The translations under genes were made by a program, and so were the position numbers. Below are positions 24,521 to 37,530 of a stretch of 64,000 nucleotides of DNA, in pieces. Origin of the DNA: Phyllosticta citribraziliensis (lineage: Eukaryota). The stretch's first letter is position 1. Each line of letters begins with the position of its first letter. Location: NCBI RefSeq assembly GCF_038025025.1, contig NW_027117338.1, forward strand, positions 310,001 through 374,000, in the 5' to 3' direction. The notes below the pieces were generated by a model. It did not search any database. It saw only the letters and a program-made list of their open reading frames with translations, and was not told the origin of the DNA.

Positions 24521-25999
24521 AACGGCACTCTGGTGGAGCGGTGAGAAGGACATGTTGGCATTGGTCTTTGCGGGCCATAGCACCAACGCAATGTGGGTAT
24601 GAGGCGACCAAAGACCAGCGTGCTGTGCATTGGGGCGCCGCAGAATACACCGAGCCTCAAGGCGCCTTGTTCTTTCCTCGAAGCAGAGCCAGACAGAGAA
24701 GATCGCGGTGTTGGCAGGTGAGACCGCCGTGGAGCTTGGGCTCGAGAGTGGGGAATCGTAACAAAGGAGAGGCAGGACACAATCGAGTCTAACGAGCGAC
24801 GCAAGCAGCAGTGAGAGCGGCGCCGAGCAGCGGAGCCGCCTGCATTAGCAGACCATATCAGAATGCCCGTGGCACGGATGTTTCGAGGGTTTGGATGCAG
24901 ACTGACAGCGGTGGTTGGGGCGTCAGGGATTATTGCACGGCCCGCGGGCAAGGCTGAGAAGAAAACACCCTCTGCATCCACCCACCCCTTGCCTCGACCA
25001 AAGCCCGCCTACTGCCACTTTGGTACCCGCCGTAACGCTGTCCGTCGCTTTTCGCGCCACAAGAAGTCTCGCGGGTCGTCTCCCTTGCCAACCGAGGTCC
25101 CATCAGAGTCTGACGCCGCCCAAGTATCGACTTCCATCATGATCGCCGCCGCGTGATTGCGAGCAAACGGCCTGCTCAAAAGGCGAACACCATGTTGCGC
25201 CATGGGGCTTCCATTGGCCATTTTGCTCAGCCGTCGAATTTCAAACTGCTGGTGCCATTGTCGAGCCGCATGAAACTCTTCGCTTCGTCACAGCTGCCGA
25301 CAGACTCGGACCAGAAAGGAGTCAGTGTCGGAAGAACCAGGGGGCTTCGCGTGGTATTCAAATATAGTCGCCAATGCTAGGTATCTCACGGACCATCCGC
25401 TTCCGACGACAGCCATCTCCTGACCATCTTCATAGAAGCAAACCCAGGCGTTTGAACAACCAAACCATAGCTTCATGTTGAATCGCAGCCGACGTACTGG
25501 TGAAAGGCAGTACTTTTTCGAGCCAACCGGTCAATGGACGTCAAAGCTTCATGTCGAAGAGCAACGCTTTTCCGGGTTGTACCAACGCACTGGAACACTG
25601 CTAAAGGGATGATCCCCACGCGTCGGCGCTGTCAACAATCCTCGAGCAGCGGGCACAGCGTCTTGTCAAACGTCAACTGTCCCCGCACGTTAGAGCAGAA
25701 GCAGTCGGTGGACGGGAATTGGGCACTCCCGAGCGGCGTGCTATGCTGACGTCCAGGATCATTTGGTGATGGTGTAAAGACGGCGGAACCCCACTGACGC
25801 TATCATGTTCCCCGCGCCGGCCACTACGCCCCGCACTGCCTGACCTACCGCAATCGCAGGCTGCACGTCTTCAATGACGCCGCGCCACATGTGCTCCGAC
25901 AAGACGAGGTTAACATGGCTAGCTCCCGACGTGCCATGCAACCAATCTATTTGCCGGGCACTTCTCAAGGCCGTTTCGTCCTCAATCCTTCAGTACATG

Positions 26000-26007
26000 T
26001 ATAAATA
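26000..26007 (+). promoter_or_regulatory. TATA box of the ADH gene
   Basis: TATAAATA 80 nt upstream of ATG 26080. Confidence 0.6.
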
Positions 26008-26079
26008 TCCGTCTGCTCCTCCCGCTTTCCGCTCCTCTTCGTTTGGCTAGCCCGATCTGCTCAATTCTCGACCACCATC

Positions 26080-27828
26080 ATGGCCGCTCCCGAACTTCCC
26101 CAAAAGTACAAAGCCATTGTTTTCGACAAGCCAGGTTCACACTCCACGAAGCTGGTGGAGCTGGACATGCCAGAGCCAGGGCCGGGCGAAGTCCTTATCA
26201 ATCTGTGAATTGTTCCTGCAACTCCTTTTTCTTATCTGCGGACGGCTGACGAGCCTTGGACAGTTCCTGCTCGGGCGTTTGCGCTTCAGACCATGGCGTC
26301 ATGATGAGCAGTTGGGCCAATCTTCCGTATCCAACTCCAGAGAATCAGGTTGGAGGCCACGAAGGTCGGCAGACGTGCGACGATATACTCAAGCTCTACT
26401 GACTTGGCTCCAGGCGTTGGCCGTGTTGTGAAGCTCGGACCTGGATCCGAAGACTTGTCCACTGTCCGGGTATTTCGCTCTGCACGAACAAAGCAAAAGC
26501 TCTTCTAAATTGGATCTAGGTAGGAGACAGAGTTGGTATCAAATGGATCAGTGCCATTTGTGACTCCTGTCGTAAGTAAATGCCAAGTTTCCCCAAAACA
26601 AGCGATTGACTCTGTTCAGCGGCATGCCGCGCTGGTCACGACGGAGTGTGCTTCAATCAGGTTGGTTGCAATCCAGGGAAGAATGGGAGGATGCATACTA
26701 ACCTAATTGCAGAAAATCAGTGGTTACTACACGCCCGGAACATTCCAACAATACGTTCTGGGACCTGCAAACTACGTTACCAAAGTATAAACACATCCTT
26801 TGCAAGCTGTGAAGCGAGCGACTGAGCATTTTCTCAGATTCCAGATGGCATCAGCGACACCGACGCAGCTCCAATGCTTTGCGCCGGCGTGACAACCTAC
26901 TCGGCTCTGCGCAAGAGCAACGCTCGCAGTGGAGAGTTCGTCGTCCTTTTGGGTAAGTTTTTACATTTGTATTTGAAGAAATTGCGAGTTCTAGCACTAC
27001 CGCCGGATTCAGGGAGCTGTCATCGAACATTGCGGATGGCTTCGAAAAACTGCCAGTTCTGTTCACGCGCATAGCCCCTTTATCTTTTTGGCCTATCAAA
27101 TGGTCACCCTTGCTGCCTTACACGATTACGTCTCGCGTCCTCTCAGTCAAATTTACTTTCTAACCCTCCACGCGCAGGCGTCGGCGGTGGCCTCGGCAAT
27201 GTCGCTGCCCAAATAGCATCCAAGGGAATGGCATTCCGTGTCATCGGCATCGACACAGATGCCAAAGAGTCTTTTGCGCTCTCTTCCGGCTGCGAAGCAT
27301 TCGTGCCGCTCTCACTCGGCGACAAGATTCCCGACCGTGTCAGAGAGCTCACTGGCGGATTGGGCGCGCACGCCGTCATCGTCTTGACCGGCTCAAACGC
27401 TGCCTACGCAGACGCCATTGAACTCGTCAGGTTTGGAGGAACGCTGGTCTGTGTCGGCGTCCCCGTCAACGAGCCCGTCACCATCGCCAAGGCGTTCCCG
27501 CAGTTCCTCATCAAGTTCGCAAAGAAGATTGTCGGCGTGCCGGTTGGAGATCGCAAGGATGCGGACGAAGTGATGGAATTTGCTGTGAGTTAAGCCCCTG
27601 CTTGACTTATTAGGGACATGAGTCAGATTGTCTCTCAATTAATTTGCTGACCCATCCTGTAGAGAAGGGGTATCGTCAAGTCCAATTATCGCGTGGAGAA
27701 GATGGAAAAGTTGGGCGAGGTATGTGGACAACGCTGCGCTCGATTCTGACGCGCTGACACGAGGACAGGTTTTTGAGGAGATGGAAGCTGGCACTCTTCA
27801 GGGCCGCGTCGTCCTCGATCTATCGTAG
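26080..27828 (+). CDS. Zinc-dependent medium-chain alcohol dehydrogenase, 10 exons (26080-26204, 26264-26364, 26414-26469, 26520-26571, 26620-26660, 26713-26784, 26838-26952, 27178-27584, 27663-27719, 27769-27828)
   Basis: GVCASD, GGHEGVG, VGDRVG, structural Zn CDSCPAC..C, APMLCAGVTTY, Rossmann GVGGGLG, C-terminal GRVVLDLS; all nine introns GT-AG and phase-consistent. Confidence 0.93.
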
Positions 27829-28173
27829 GCGCTGATCTGTCTCTGTATCTTATTTCAACGCCCGACAACATTCTCTCACCGTTGCCCTTCCCTCGAGCCA
27901 GCCCTGTCTGAGTGAATATGGCTTCGCATGACCGCATTCATGCACGATGCCAAAGAGGGTCATTTTAGTTCGCAGATAAAGTTCTTGCATTAAACCACCG
28001 CTCTGATCTGACGGCTGTTCGACGAAAACTGACGAAGATGTAGAAATGTACAACTATGTGCACCGACTCTGCGTCCGTGGTATACACCTTTTTCCCTTTC
28101 AGTCTTCCTCGCTAATTCGCACAGCGAACAGCTTCCCTTGCCCGTCGTAGTGTCCATCGTCCCGTTCACATGC

Positions 28174-28709
28174 TTAGTGAGGGAAATCCGGGTGTCCATC
28201 CGATTCATTGCAGACGAGAGGACAGTCACAGAGGAAGTTCTTGCGATCCGTGGACTGCTTAGCCTTGGGACGGCATCCCGTGTAATCGGGCTTGCAGGTA
28301 TAAATGTTCTCGCAGGCAGTGTCGTCAGAAGCCTATCCAGATGTTAATGCAGGCTCGTCAAGGGAGTACACTCCCAAGGAAGTGAGAGGTACGAGGGCTC
28401 GTAACGCACATTGCAACCGCACTGGTCCGTACCGTCCCATTTACAGGTTCCGGTGAGAAATTGGGCGAATTTGTCGACGTAGGGGAGCTGATCTGGCGGC
28501 AGCACGCCTGGCTTCGTGTATTCGTTCTTATCGTGACAGCGTTTTCCGCAGTCGTCGTCACTGCCGCACTGACTGTGTATTAGTGATTTTGGACGCTAGA
28601 CAATCCTGAAGAATATACGTACTTTTCCATCCAACAGATATGCACCATTCTGGAACTTGGCGGAAGCCAGAGCCGCCATGCAGCTGAACAAGATGACAGA
28701 ATACTTCAT
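28174..28709 (-). CDS. Small secreted cysteine-rich protein (candidate effector), 3 exons (28709-28623, 28568-28410, 28332-28174), 134 aa
   Basis: Signal-peptide-like MKYSVILFSCMAALASA; introns GTACGT..ACTAAT..CAG and GTGCGT..ATTAAC..TAG, both phase 0; 12 Cys in the mature region; TATATA ~85 nt upstream. Confidence 0.8.
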
Positions 28710-31700
28710 GGTTGGAGATCGAGAATGCCGGTGAGTGCTGTAGAGACAGGAAATGGCGTGATGTAAAGAATTAGAGGAGCACTTCTTTCTACAATATATA
28801 CCTCCCAAATAAGCTTGAACAGAGCAACCGCGCAGATGAGAAAAAGCTACACAAACAGCATCAACACGGACACAGCCCTGCAGGGTAAGGTACAGTAGCC
28901 GGGAGCAATCACGCGCAGCAGCCATCTCGAGCGGTATCTTGTCTTTCCGGCGGCGGATTTTGCCTCATGAGTTCATGCCACAGGCAAGCATGCATGCTTG
29001 CCCGGCAATCTGGCCAAGCAAGCAACACGCACCAACCAACCGATCAATACTCTTCACTTTTGCCTTGAGTATGCCCGTCTCCGCCGCCTCCGAAGTCTCG
29101 GCCCCCGATGTCGCCTGCAGCTGGTTCTCATCAGCAGAAGCTCCTGCTGCTGCTACTCCTGCAGCTGTGGTTGTGAATGCTGCTGCTGCTGTTGTGAACT
29201 GACTTGCTTGGCCACATCACGCAGACAGACGTAACTTTCCCACGATCAATTACCCGGCTCCAAAAGACGAAATGGCAATCACACATCCGCCTAGCCAGGC
29301 GCCTTCAGCCAACCAGCCATCGAGCTAGCCACGACCTCGGATCAGCAAACGAGCAAATCAATAAGCCAATTGAGCCAGGCAAATACAGCAGTCGCGCCCG
29401 CCGGCCTCCCCGGCGCCGATCCAGGCACCAAACGATAAAGAGGCATAGGGCTCCGCAGCAGCAGTCGCAGTAGCAGGCAAGACCCAAGCTATGCAACGCT
29501 GAGCGCCAACGCTCGCTGCGCCGGCCAGATCCGACAACGACGGCGGACGGAAGGGTCCGACGCTGTTTCTATCAATATCGTCAGGCCAGCAGCAGGCAGA
29601 GAGAGATCCTGAAAGCCGTCGAGGCCGTTGGACCGCGGCCGCGGCGGCGCGCTCCTAGTCCTGCCGCCGATTGGGCTGAGCTGGGGGCCGAACGAGGCAT
29701 AATTAATTGATGGAGAGCATGTGTGGTGGTTGTACGTTTGTAGTAGTATTGGCTTCGGAGGAGAGAGTTTAGTGCTGGGCTACTGGCGTTGCTGCAGCAC
29801 AATGCGAACGCGAACCGGGAGTCCGGAAAGCAGCGGCATCAAACGGGGGGCAGTTCTGGAATCATTGGTTCTAAACGCACACGTTTGGCCCAGCGCAGGC
29901 GAGCGGCTGAATATTGGCAGCGTGGTGGGCAAGGTAAGCGTGAGAGGTCGAGAGAAGCGATCCCTACCGCGATGGAAAGTTAGGGAGATGCAAGGGGCGG
30001 GAGCAGCGATGCAGCCTGTCGCCCGTCGTCTTTTTTGCCAGCGTCGATTCCTGTCATATGTACCAGCCTCAGGACTCAGGAACGGAAGCTCAACCTGCAG
30101 GTCCATGCGTCTGTCCAACGTGGTTCTCGTATTTGACAGGGGTGGAGAAATGACGCGGGTAAGCTGTGGTGATGGAAGCGTGGTGTCGCTACTTTGGCGT
30201 TTAGTCTCTGCTGGATTTTTAGGCTTAACTACCTTGCTTAATATCCTGGTTTCGCAGCATGCGTTCCCCCTTCTGTGCATTTTGGACATGCCGCGACCAG
30301 ATAAATGGCTAGTTGGTGCGGACGCGAACACATTTAACCTACCTTGCCCTCTTTCCCAAGCTTTTCGCTCGCAAGTCTATCAGTCCCAAGGTCCATGTCG
30401 AGTTGAAGGCTGAAGGAGATTACTGAACAGAACAATGTCGCGATAAGGCGGACTTGGAATGAAGCGGTGACGCGAAGGCTTCCTCCTCTCTGGTTCAAGC
30501 AGATGAGTTTAAAATGTTGAAACACACAAGCAAAGCTAAGTCCCTGGGAATGGAAACGCTTATGAGCATGATGAATGATTGGAGGAATTTTGCTGAAATT
30601 CATGCTTTCCAGCAGCCTCCGACCAAGTGGGGACTGTGAGGCCGGAGTGACGGAGTAGCACGGCTCCTGCAAACCTACCTAGGTAGTTCAGCCCAGGTTC
30701 GTTGTCGCTTTGCACAGACCGGCGAGATGAAAGTTTCTAAGACGTGAAGGGAAAGACCAAACTTTTCCAGAATTTGCCGCGCCGGCTTATGACACAATTC
30801 TTCCTTTTCTTTCCTCGGCGGATGTTGGCAGCGCACAGCGTTCGCCGTCTTTCTTCGTTGGCCCTGCTTCGACTGGTCGTGAAAAGACTGTTTATGAGAG
30901 ATAGAGTTTGCAAGGGCGAGACTGCAGGGGAAAGAAGGGTCATGAATCCGCGTGAAATTAGGCGGTGCTACGGTGTGGGCGCACTCCTTATTCTCGTGAT
31001 ACGGACACGAGGAGAAGAAGCTCTCACTATAGGGGAGACAGTGGGGACGAGGCCGTCAAGGTAGGTTGTACACGAGGAATGTCTTACTAACTACCAGTTG
31101 CAAATCCGGTGTTTACATATGTAGTTAATGAGAAACCGGGGGAGATGCAGTAGTCAGGACGCGACCTGGTTTAGAAACAGATTATTTGGATCAACATCAG
31201 TGGCCATCCCATTTCTCCTTCCCTGACGCGCCTCGCTTCGTCCCGCCGCCGCGAACATGACTCCTTTTTCCCTCCCCAATTTCAACACCACCCGCCGCTG
31301 AAGTCGAATCCGTGTCTCCCGCACCGCGTCAATTTCCACTCGCACCAGGACCGCTGCAGCAGCGCGACCGCGGCAACAGCTCCGGTTCGCTTCTGACCTG
31401 CAACTCGCATTCAGGGGTGTTGCCGCTATTCAAGAAAAAAGGCTGAACGCTACCTTAACGCGCATCCGGAGGCTACAGGTCCGTAACTTAGCGCCCATCT
31501 TTGATTCGACATTTGATTGCTCAAGGAACAGTGTTTTCGCATTCAGCGTCGTACTCGCGACAAAATCACCAAACGAAAGCTGACAGCGGCCATTCTCCGT
31601 ATCAGGCAGCAAACATGCCAAAAAGTCAATGTTCCTGTCAGAAAGAAGAGCGTTTAGTGGCACTTCAGTGGCACTTCGCAGCCAAATCAAAAGTCGAAAA

Positions 31701-32330
31701 GCCCGCAATGGGGCCATTATTCAGTAGGACGCAAAACAAGACATGCAATACAGCCTCTCCAACCACGCACCAAGTGCCAACCAGGTTGTTGATTCCATCT
31801 TTCTTTCTACGCTTAGATCTAACCAAGCAATCTCTCGATCTGTGGACGTGATCTTGGATTCGTTTCTCGTATGCGAGTATGCGTTTCAGCTCCCTTTCTC
31901 CCTTCTGCTCTCTCCAATAATGGCCATCAAGCAGTGTCTCATTTCCATCCCTCTCTGCTTGTTTCCTTTGGTGCCGGCCAAGATGTATAGCACGCATGAC
32001 TCAAAGATGGTGGTAGGTACGGGCGGACGCACGAGGAACGGCGCGGCGTGATTGGGAAGCAGTTCGTGTTCGTCATCTGCGAGACACGCCAGCGAAGTCA
32101 GCCGCCAAAATTTGTCGCGGGGGCTAGTAGGAGCTCGGGGTTGCTAGATACTGACATGGGAGGCTCCAGCTCGGTGACCAAGGTATGTTGCTCCGAGCGG
32201 AAGTTCTGATCGCTTCTTTGCGTTTACTTGGGGTTTGCTCATCTGCCATGCTCTATCGTGTTCATCTTCTATCTCCATCATATTTATCCACTACCCGCAC
32301 CAACTCATGCGATTGTCTTTCATTCACTGC

Positions 32331-32726
32331 TTACAGCGCAGTCCCCGGCACCCAATCTCTCCCTTCGACACCTTCGCCTCCTCCTCGCACCAGGCCGCTG
32401 CCGCCCCACTCCAAGCTCTCCTCGCTCGTCCCGGAATCCAGGCCCCAATATCCATCGCCCATCTCTTTGTGCACGCGCTTGCCCTTTCCCGTGTCGGCCG
32501 AATGGTGGTTGCTGCTGCTCGAAGGGAAGGAGAAGAAGGAGGACGGACTGAAGGTTGAAGATGATGCGCTGCCGGTGCTGGATGTCGTTGTAGAGGGTCC
32601 GTGGGAGGGCGAGACGTGGAAGACGCTGCGCAGCCAGGAGCGCGTGCGGTGGCGGAGGGAGGTGCTTGGTGCGGCGGTTCCGGCGGCCGGGGTGGTGGAG
32701 TTGGCTGAGGGTGTTGGTGACGGCAT
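32331..32726 (-). CDS. Hypothetical Ser/Thr-rich protein, 131 aa
   Basis: ATG in ACCATG context at 32726; single ORF MPSPTPSANSTT..DGYWGLDSGTSEESLEWGGSG; no domain recognised. Confidence 0.4.
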   Translation of the reverse strand: MPSPTPSANSTTPAAGTAAPSTSLRHRTRSWLRSVFHVSPSHGPSTTTSSTGSASSSTFSPSSFFSFPSSSSNHHSADTGKGKRVHKEMGDGYWGLDSGTSEESLEWGGSGLVRGGGEGVEGRDWVPGTAL

Positions 32727-35434
32727 GGTTTGTTGGAAGGACAAGATGATGTCGTGACGCGGCTGTTGACAGTGAAGACGCCACAAGTAGACGGACTCGA
32801 CGAAGCCAGCTGGTTCTTTGACAGTGACGCAGTGTTTGGCTTGTTCGCACAAGAAAAGACCTTCTGGACAGAAGAGGAGCAAAACAAGTCCGGGCAGAAA
32901 GAAGGCAGAGCAAAATAAAGTACCTGAACAAAGCCTACAACTGATCACACACGACTCCCGTTGACAACACCCCAAAACAACAGCTTTCACGCCTCCCTCC
33001 CGTGTCTCCACGTCACTCACCAACGGCCGGCCGGCGATGATGAAGTCGTCAGCTCAGCCTACGGATCCTACGTAACCGCCACTATATAACACACACACAC
33101 ATACCCGTCCGCTGTCTACCTATATGAAGAACCCCACCATCGACTATAGAATGCGTGTCTACGTCTGTCTGTACCGCTTACTGGTTTCCTGTTGTCTATT
33201 GAACGTACTGAAATGCCTGTGCCAGGATCGTCTACGCCGAAGATATTTCGTCATGGCCATTGGGCACACTTGACACCACCACCACCACTAAACGGGCTAA
33301 CCTTGCCAATGCCTGCCTGCTACCTTCGTGCCCCTTCTTCCTAGCACTTTGCCAGAATGGAACCCGCCGAGTGACAGCATGAGAAGCGAGCGAGTGGATG
33401 TGACGTCACGCCCTTCTTCCTGCTGTCTCTCCAGGCAGCGCTCTAGGCAAGTCTTTGCTGGCGAAATGAAACAAACCAAACGGCCGACCGAAAAAAAGCC
33501 ACTGCAGCTGTCCGTCTTGAATGAGGTCATTGGATGGGTGTGGATATATAGCCAACTGAACTGACCGAGGCAACGCATCAACAATTCCTTTTCGTAAGAG
33601 AGCAAGCCAGCAAGCACCCTTGAGAAGCCACCGTGGCTGGCTGTTCTCCAGTGGTGGCTGGCATACAGGTTGTAGGTTGGGTTGGTTGGTAGCGTGCATG
33701 CATGCATGTAATCCGTTCAAGCAAACGCAACAACAACGACATCTCCTCCTCCTCCTCCTCCTCCTCCATCTCTCTCCTTACTCTATCCTCCTCCTCGCTA
33801 ACCTCTCTTCCCTCCCGCCACGCCTACGTACTGCAACCCTCACCCTCACCCTCTCTCCCTCTCCTTCGGCCCCCGTGCCCAACACAACTCCAACCCCAAC
33901 CACAACCCCGACCCAACACAACAAGCACACCCCAGCCGGCCGCAGCCACCCCGGCCTTAGCACCACCAAATGGCGGCAACTGCCAACTCATCAAAACAAC
34001 AAAACAGCAACGGGCGAACTACGCACGTACTCGTGTCTGCCTCGCAAGCTGGACGGACGGTGTCGCGCTGCTCACCGCACCCACGCATCCACGCACGCAC
34101 GCACGCACGCGCGCGGAGAACGAGCCGCACCATGAACCAACGGCTATTTGCAGGGGGGGTGGTGGGAGAGGGCGCGGGTGGAGGGAAACCCAAGGAAAAG
34201 GGCAAATGTGGGGACTGCTGCATGGGGAGAAGGGACAGGGGGGGCGGGGGGGAGAGTGAGTGACGTGGGTACATAGATCACCCAGGTCAGGTGCACATTT
34301 TGCCAGCAGCCAGGCTGACAGGTAGGTTGAGGCGGTGGCGGTCATGGGGTAGGACACTTACGTACCCAGACTCCTGGGTGGTCGGTCAGTATGCGCAACG
34401 GATGGTTAGTAAACGCGCTGCTCAGTCGGTAGACACCACAGCAGCAGCATAGCGCATCCTCATCCGCGCATCCAGCATCCAACAGAGAAGAAAGAAAGAA
34501 AGGGCTGCATCAAGCCCGAAATCCGTTCCATTCCATTCCATTCAGCAAAACAAATGACAGAGATACGCGCCAACCGACGTCTACCTAGTTGCCCAGTCAA
34601 ATCAAAGGGCAGGAGGAGAAAGGAAAAAAAAGGGCGAAGGAAAGAGAAGAAACCAAGTGCCGCGATCAAAACAACCAAATGCCTGCGTGCCTGTCCGTCG
34701 TGTCTCTCGTCTTAAATTTGCGTCTTTGCCTTCACGCCCTCAAAGCAGCTGGCCCGCGCGTCTGTATCCCAATCCAATAACCCCCCAGTATACGTATCCC
34801 CTCGTTTGCCCGTAGACAGGACGTACCCCAAGCCAAGTTTTTACAAGGACAGAAGAAAGGAAGGTAGAGGAAAGAATGGAAGAGAAAAAGAAAGAAAAAA
34901 GTGGTCGTAATATCGTCATCTGAAAAGCAAAACCGCCCCAGCCACCTCGTCTGCAAACGCTGTCAATCAACAACGGTCAAAGCCAACTTCAACTGCTTGT
35001 TAAGGCAAGCATTGTGGGAGAAGCGAATCGTGTCATCATCGAGCGATTTAATCAAAAAAGTCTCAAACTCACATGAAAGATGGGAACAGGGAACCAACAG
35101 TCAAACACACCAACAAGCAGCAAACAAGCATGACAAACATCATCGAGGTCAAGGGGGATGGATAGTTTGGGTATATTTTATTTTTGTGCATTGCAAGTGT
35201 GGGCTCGCAGCAACGACGATGAGGAAAAAGATCAAAAGCGTGTCGTCAGTGATTTGGTCGGTGATGGTGGTGGTACAAGAAGATTCGTAAATCTCAATGC
35301 GACAGATGCACTTGCTCTATGATTGGCTGCGTTATGCGAGGACCGGCCCCGTGGTGATGCAAGATGCAAAACGTGCGTGGAAGCGACCGCTGTCATCATC
35401 TTCGTGGACGCGAAATAGGGGCCAAAGTTGGTTG

Positions 35435-37530
35435 TTAGGCGTAGCGAGGGGGCGGTGGAGGATAGTTGGAATAGGGATTTGGCGCCGCGTAGCTGCTACT
35501 CATGGGAGCTGCAGTGGGCTTACGGAATTGATCATCTTCGTAGATGCTCGTTCGTCGACCCGGATTGACAGGGGCGTAGGCTGCCCTGCCATTGGCGTTT
35601 TCATATTCCCTCCACCTTCTGGCATTTTTGGTCTCGTCGTCGTCTGCAGATTCGCTGTATATGTTGCTGGCGTAGTAAGAGGCAGGAATATCACCGACAT
35701 TGTTTGGCTCGGAACGAGTCCCGAACCGTTCACCGCCATGGCTAAAGGAAGGGCTTCGCCGACGAGCGGAACCGTAAGAGGTGGACCCAGTGCGATAGTT
35801 TCGAGTCTGCATCGAATTCGGCGGGTACTCGCTAGCAAAAACGGGCTTCGGGCGAGGATAACCACTGCCGTGGTTGTGTTGTGTTGACATTGCGCGCCGG
35901 ACGCGAGTTGCATTGTTCACGTCTGCAGCAGTAAAGGGTTGGGCGCTCCCCGTCGTGGTGCCGCTGGCCGTGCTGCTGGTGCTGGCTCTGCTGCTCGAAG
36001 ACATGTCGCCGTAGATCTTGCCGCTCCCTTCCCTACCACTGTACGGCTTGCGCTCGCGTTCGATGGGAAAAGAGGGAGGTGGCTCGTTGTCCGAGTCTTC
36101 AGAGATGACGGCCGTGTCAAACGACTCGGCGCGCCACTGTGAGTACGAAGGTTTGGCAGTTGGCGAAAACCCGCCTGAAGATTGGCTCGAGGGGCGATTT
36201 GACGGAGGCGGCGGCGGCGGGAAAGAGGCGGTGCGCAACGGAATGTCTCCGTTGATGGAAAGAGCCGTTGCGCAGCGCTGACGCACGCCGAAGTTTGGCG
36301 TCTTTGGGAACAGGCGGCGAGATAGCTCCTTTGGAAACCGTTCTTTGGAGTCGTCGGCATTGCTGATGGGCATGTTCATGACAGCCTTGCTCAAACGCTC
36401 ATATTCAGTGTCTGGATGCCCTTGAATCATAAGCGTCATCCATTGCTTGAAGCCCTCTGGAGTCAAGGCGGGAATGTTGGGCACAGCAATGAGTTGGTCC
36501 TGGACCAAATGATGTTCACAGCGCAAATCTCGGTAGATTTTGGAGACTGTAGAATTGGGGAGCGAGGTGAAGAGGGCTGCGACAGTTAGCCACATGGTGT
36601 GCGGAGAAACATGTTTCGACTTACAGGCCCAGCAATATGTTTCGTCTTGGACGCGGACCTCGTCGTAGAACTTGCGCATCTTTGCGGGGGTGACGACCAG
36701 AGAATGACGGGGCTCGTAGTCGTTGATCTGCGGGGGGCCTTGTCAATCATCGTCTGCTACCACTGTGTCGGATCTGTCGTGTCACTCACCAGATGCAGGG
36801 CAAGACCTCGCAAGAATTGACCTAGCCGAGCTGTGGGCTGACCCTCGGCGTCAAACAGCGGCCGCCACGTCTTCTCAATGGCAGTTTCTTCAATCTCCGC
36901 AGAACGAGCATATGGCGACGAGCGGGACGGCTGCTGAGCGTTGGTGCCGTCGAGCGAACCGTGGTCCGAAGCCACAAGCGGCGAGGCGGCGCGAGGTCCG
37001 CCATTCTTCGCCAGCTGGTCACCCCGCTCCCTGGGGCTGCTCCTGCGATGGAGATCTTGGGCTGACGAGCTGGGCGAAACAGGGGAATGTGGCGAGACGG
37101 AGTACTCGTTTTCATTTCTCGACGGCGACGGCGGAGTGTAGACATCGCGCGGGGGATCGGCGGAGGTCTGATTTGGCGATGGCTTTGGCGACGGCTGCTG
37201 GGCGGGAGCTCTGAGGGAATCAATGACTTGCTTCCTGACCTCCTCGGTAATCTGCGCGACGATGGACGGGTCGAGCTGGCTGATTGCACCCGAGCGGCGG
37301 AGGTGGTCGTTTACCGCCTCTTTGACGGGCTGGCTGTCCTGAGGGCTGATGCGCGGCGAGTTTTGAGAGCGATCCGAGAAGGGAGCACGCGACAGACGGG
37401 GGCGGGAGGTCGGTCGATCGACAGGAGAAACATGGTCGCGGGTGTTTGAGTTGGTCGAGTCGTGACGGGAAAGATCGGTGGTGGAGTACGGATAGGCAGA
37501 CGAATCGTGGGTGCGGTGTTCGTAGGCCAT
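35435..37530 (-). CDS. Conserved fungal hypothetical protein (resembles the DUF7514-type domain), 3 exons (37530-36790, 36727-36625, 36576-35435)
   Basis: WRPLFDAEGQPTARLGQFLRGLALHL|INDYEPRHSLVVTPAKMRKFY..IYRDLRCEHHLVQ..PALTPEGF..ERFPKELSRRLFP; PIERERKPYSG motif; canonical introns. Confidence 0.85.

Noticed and set aside
29305..29802. Short minus-strand ORFs (MPRSAPSS.., Cys-rich MHSLGLACYCDCCC..) next to the effector candidate
   Set aside because: No consistent spliced model; the Cys run derives from (TGC)n-like repeats
31023..31038. CTCACTATAGGG resembling the T7 promoter core
   Set aside because: Only 12 nt match, TAATACGA is absent and there is no flanking vector sequence; consistent with chance
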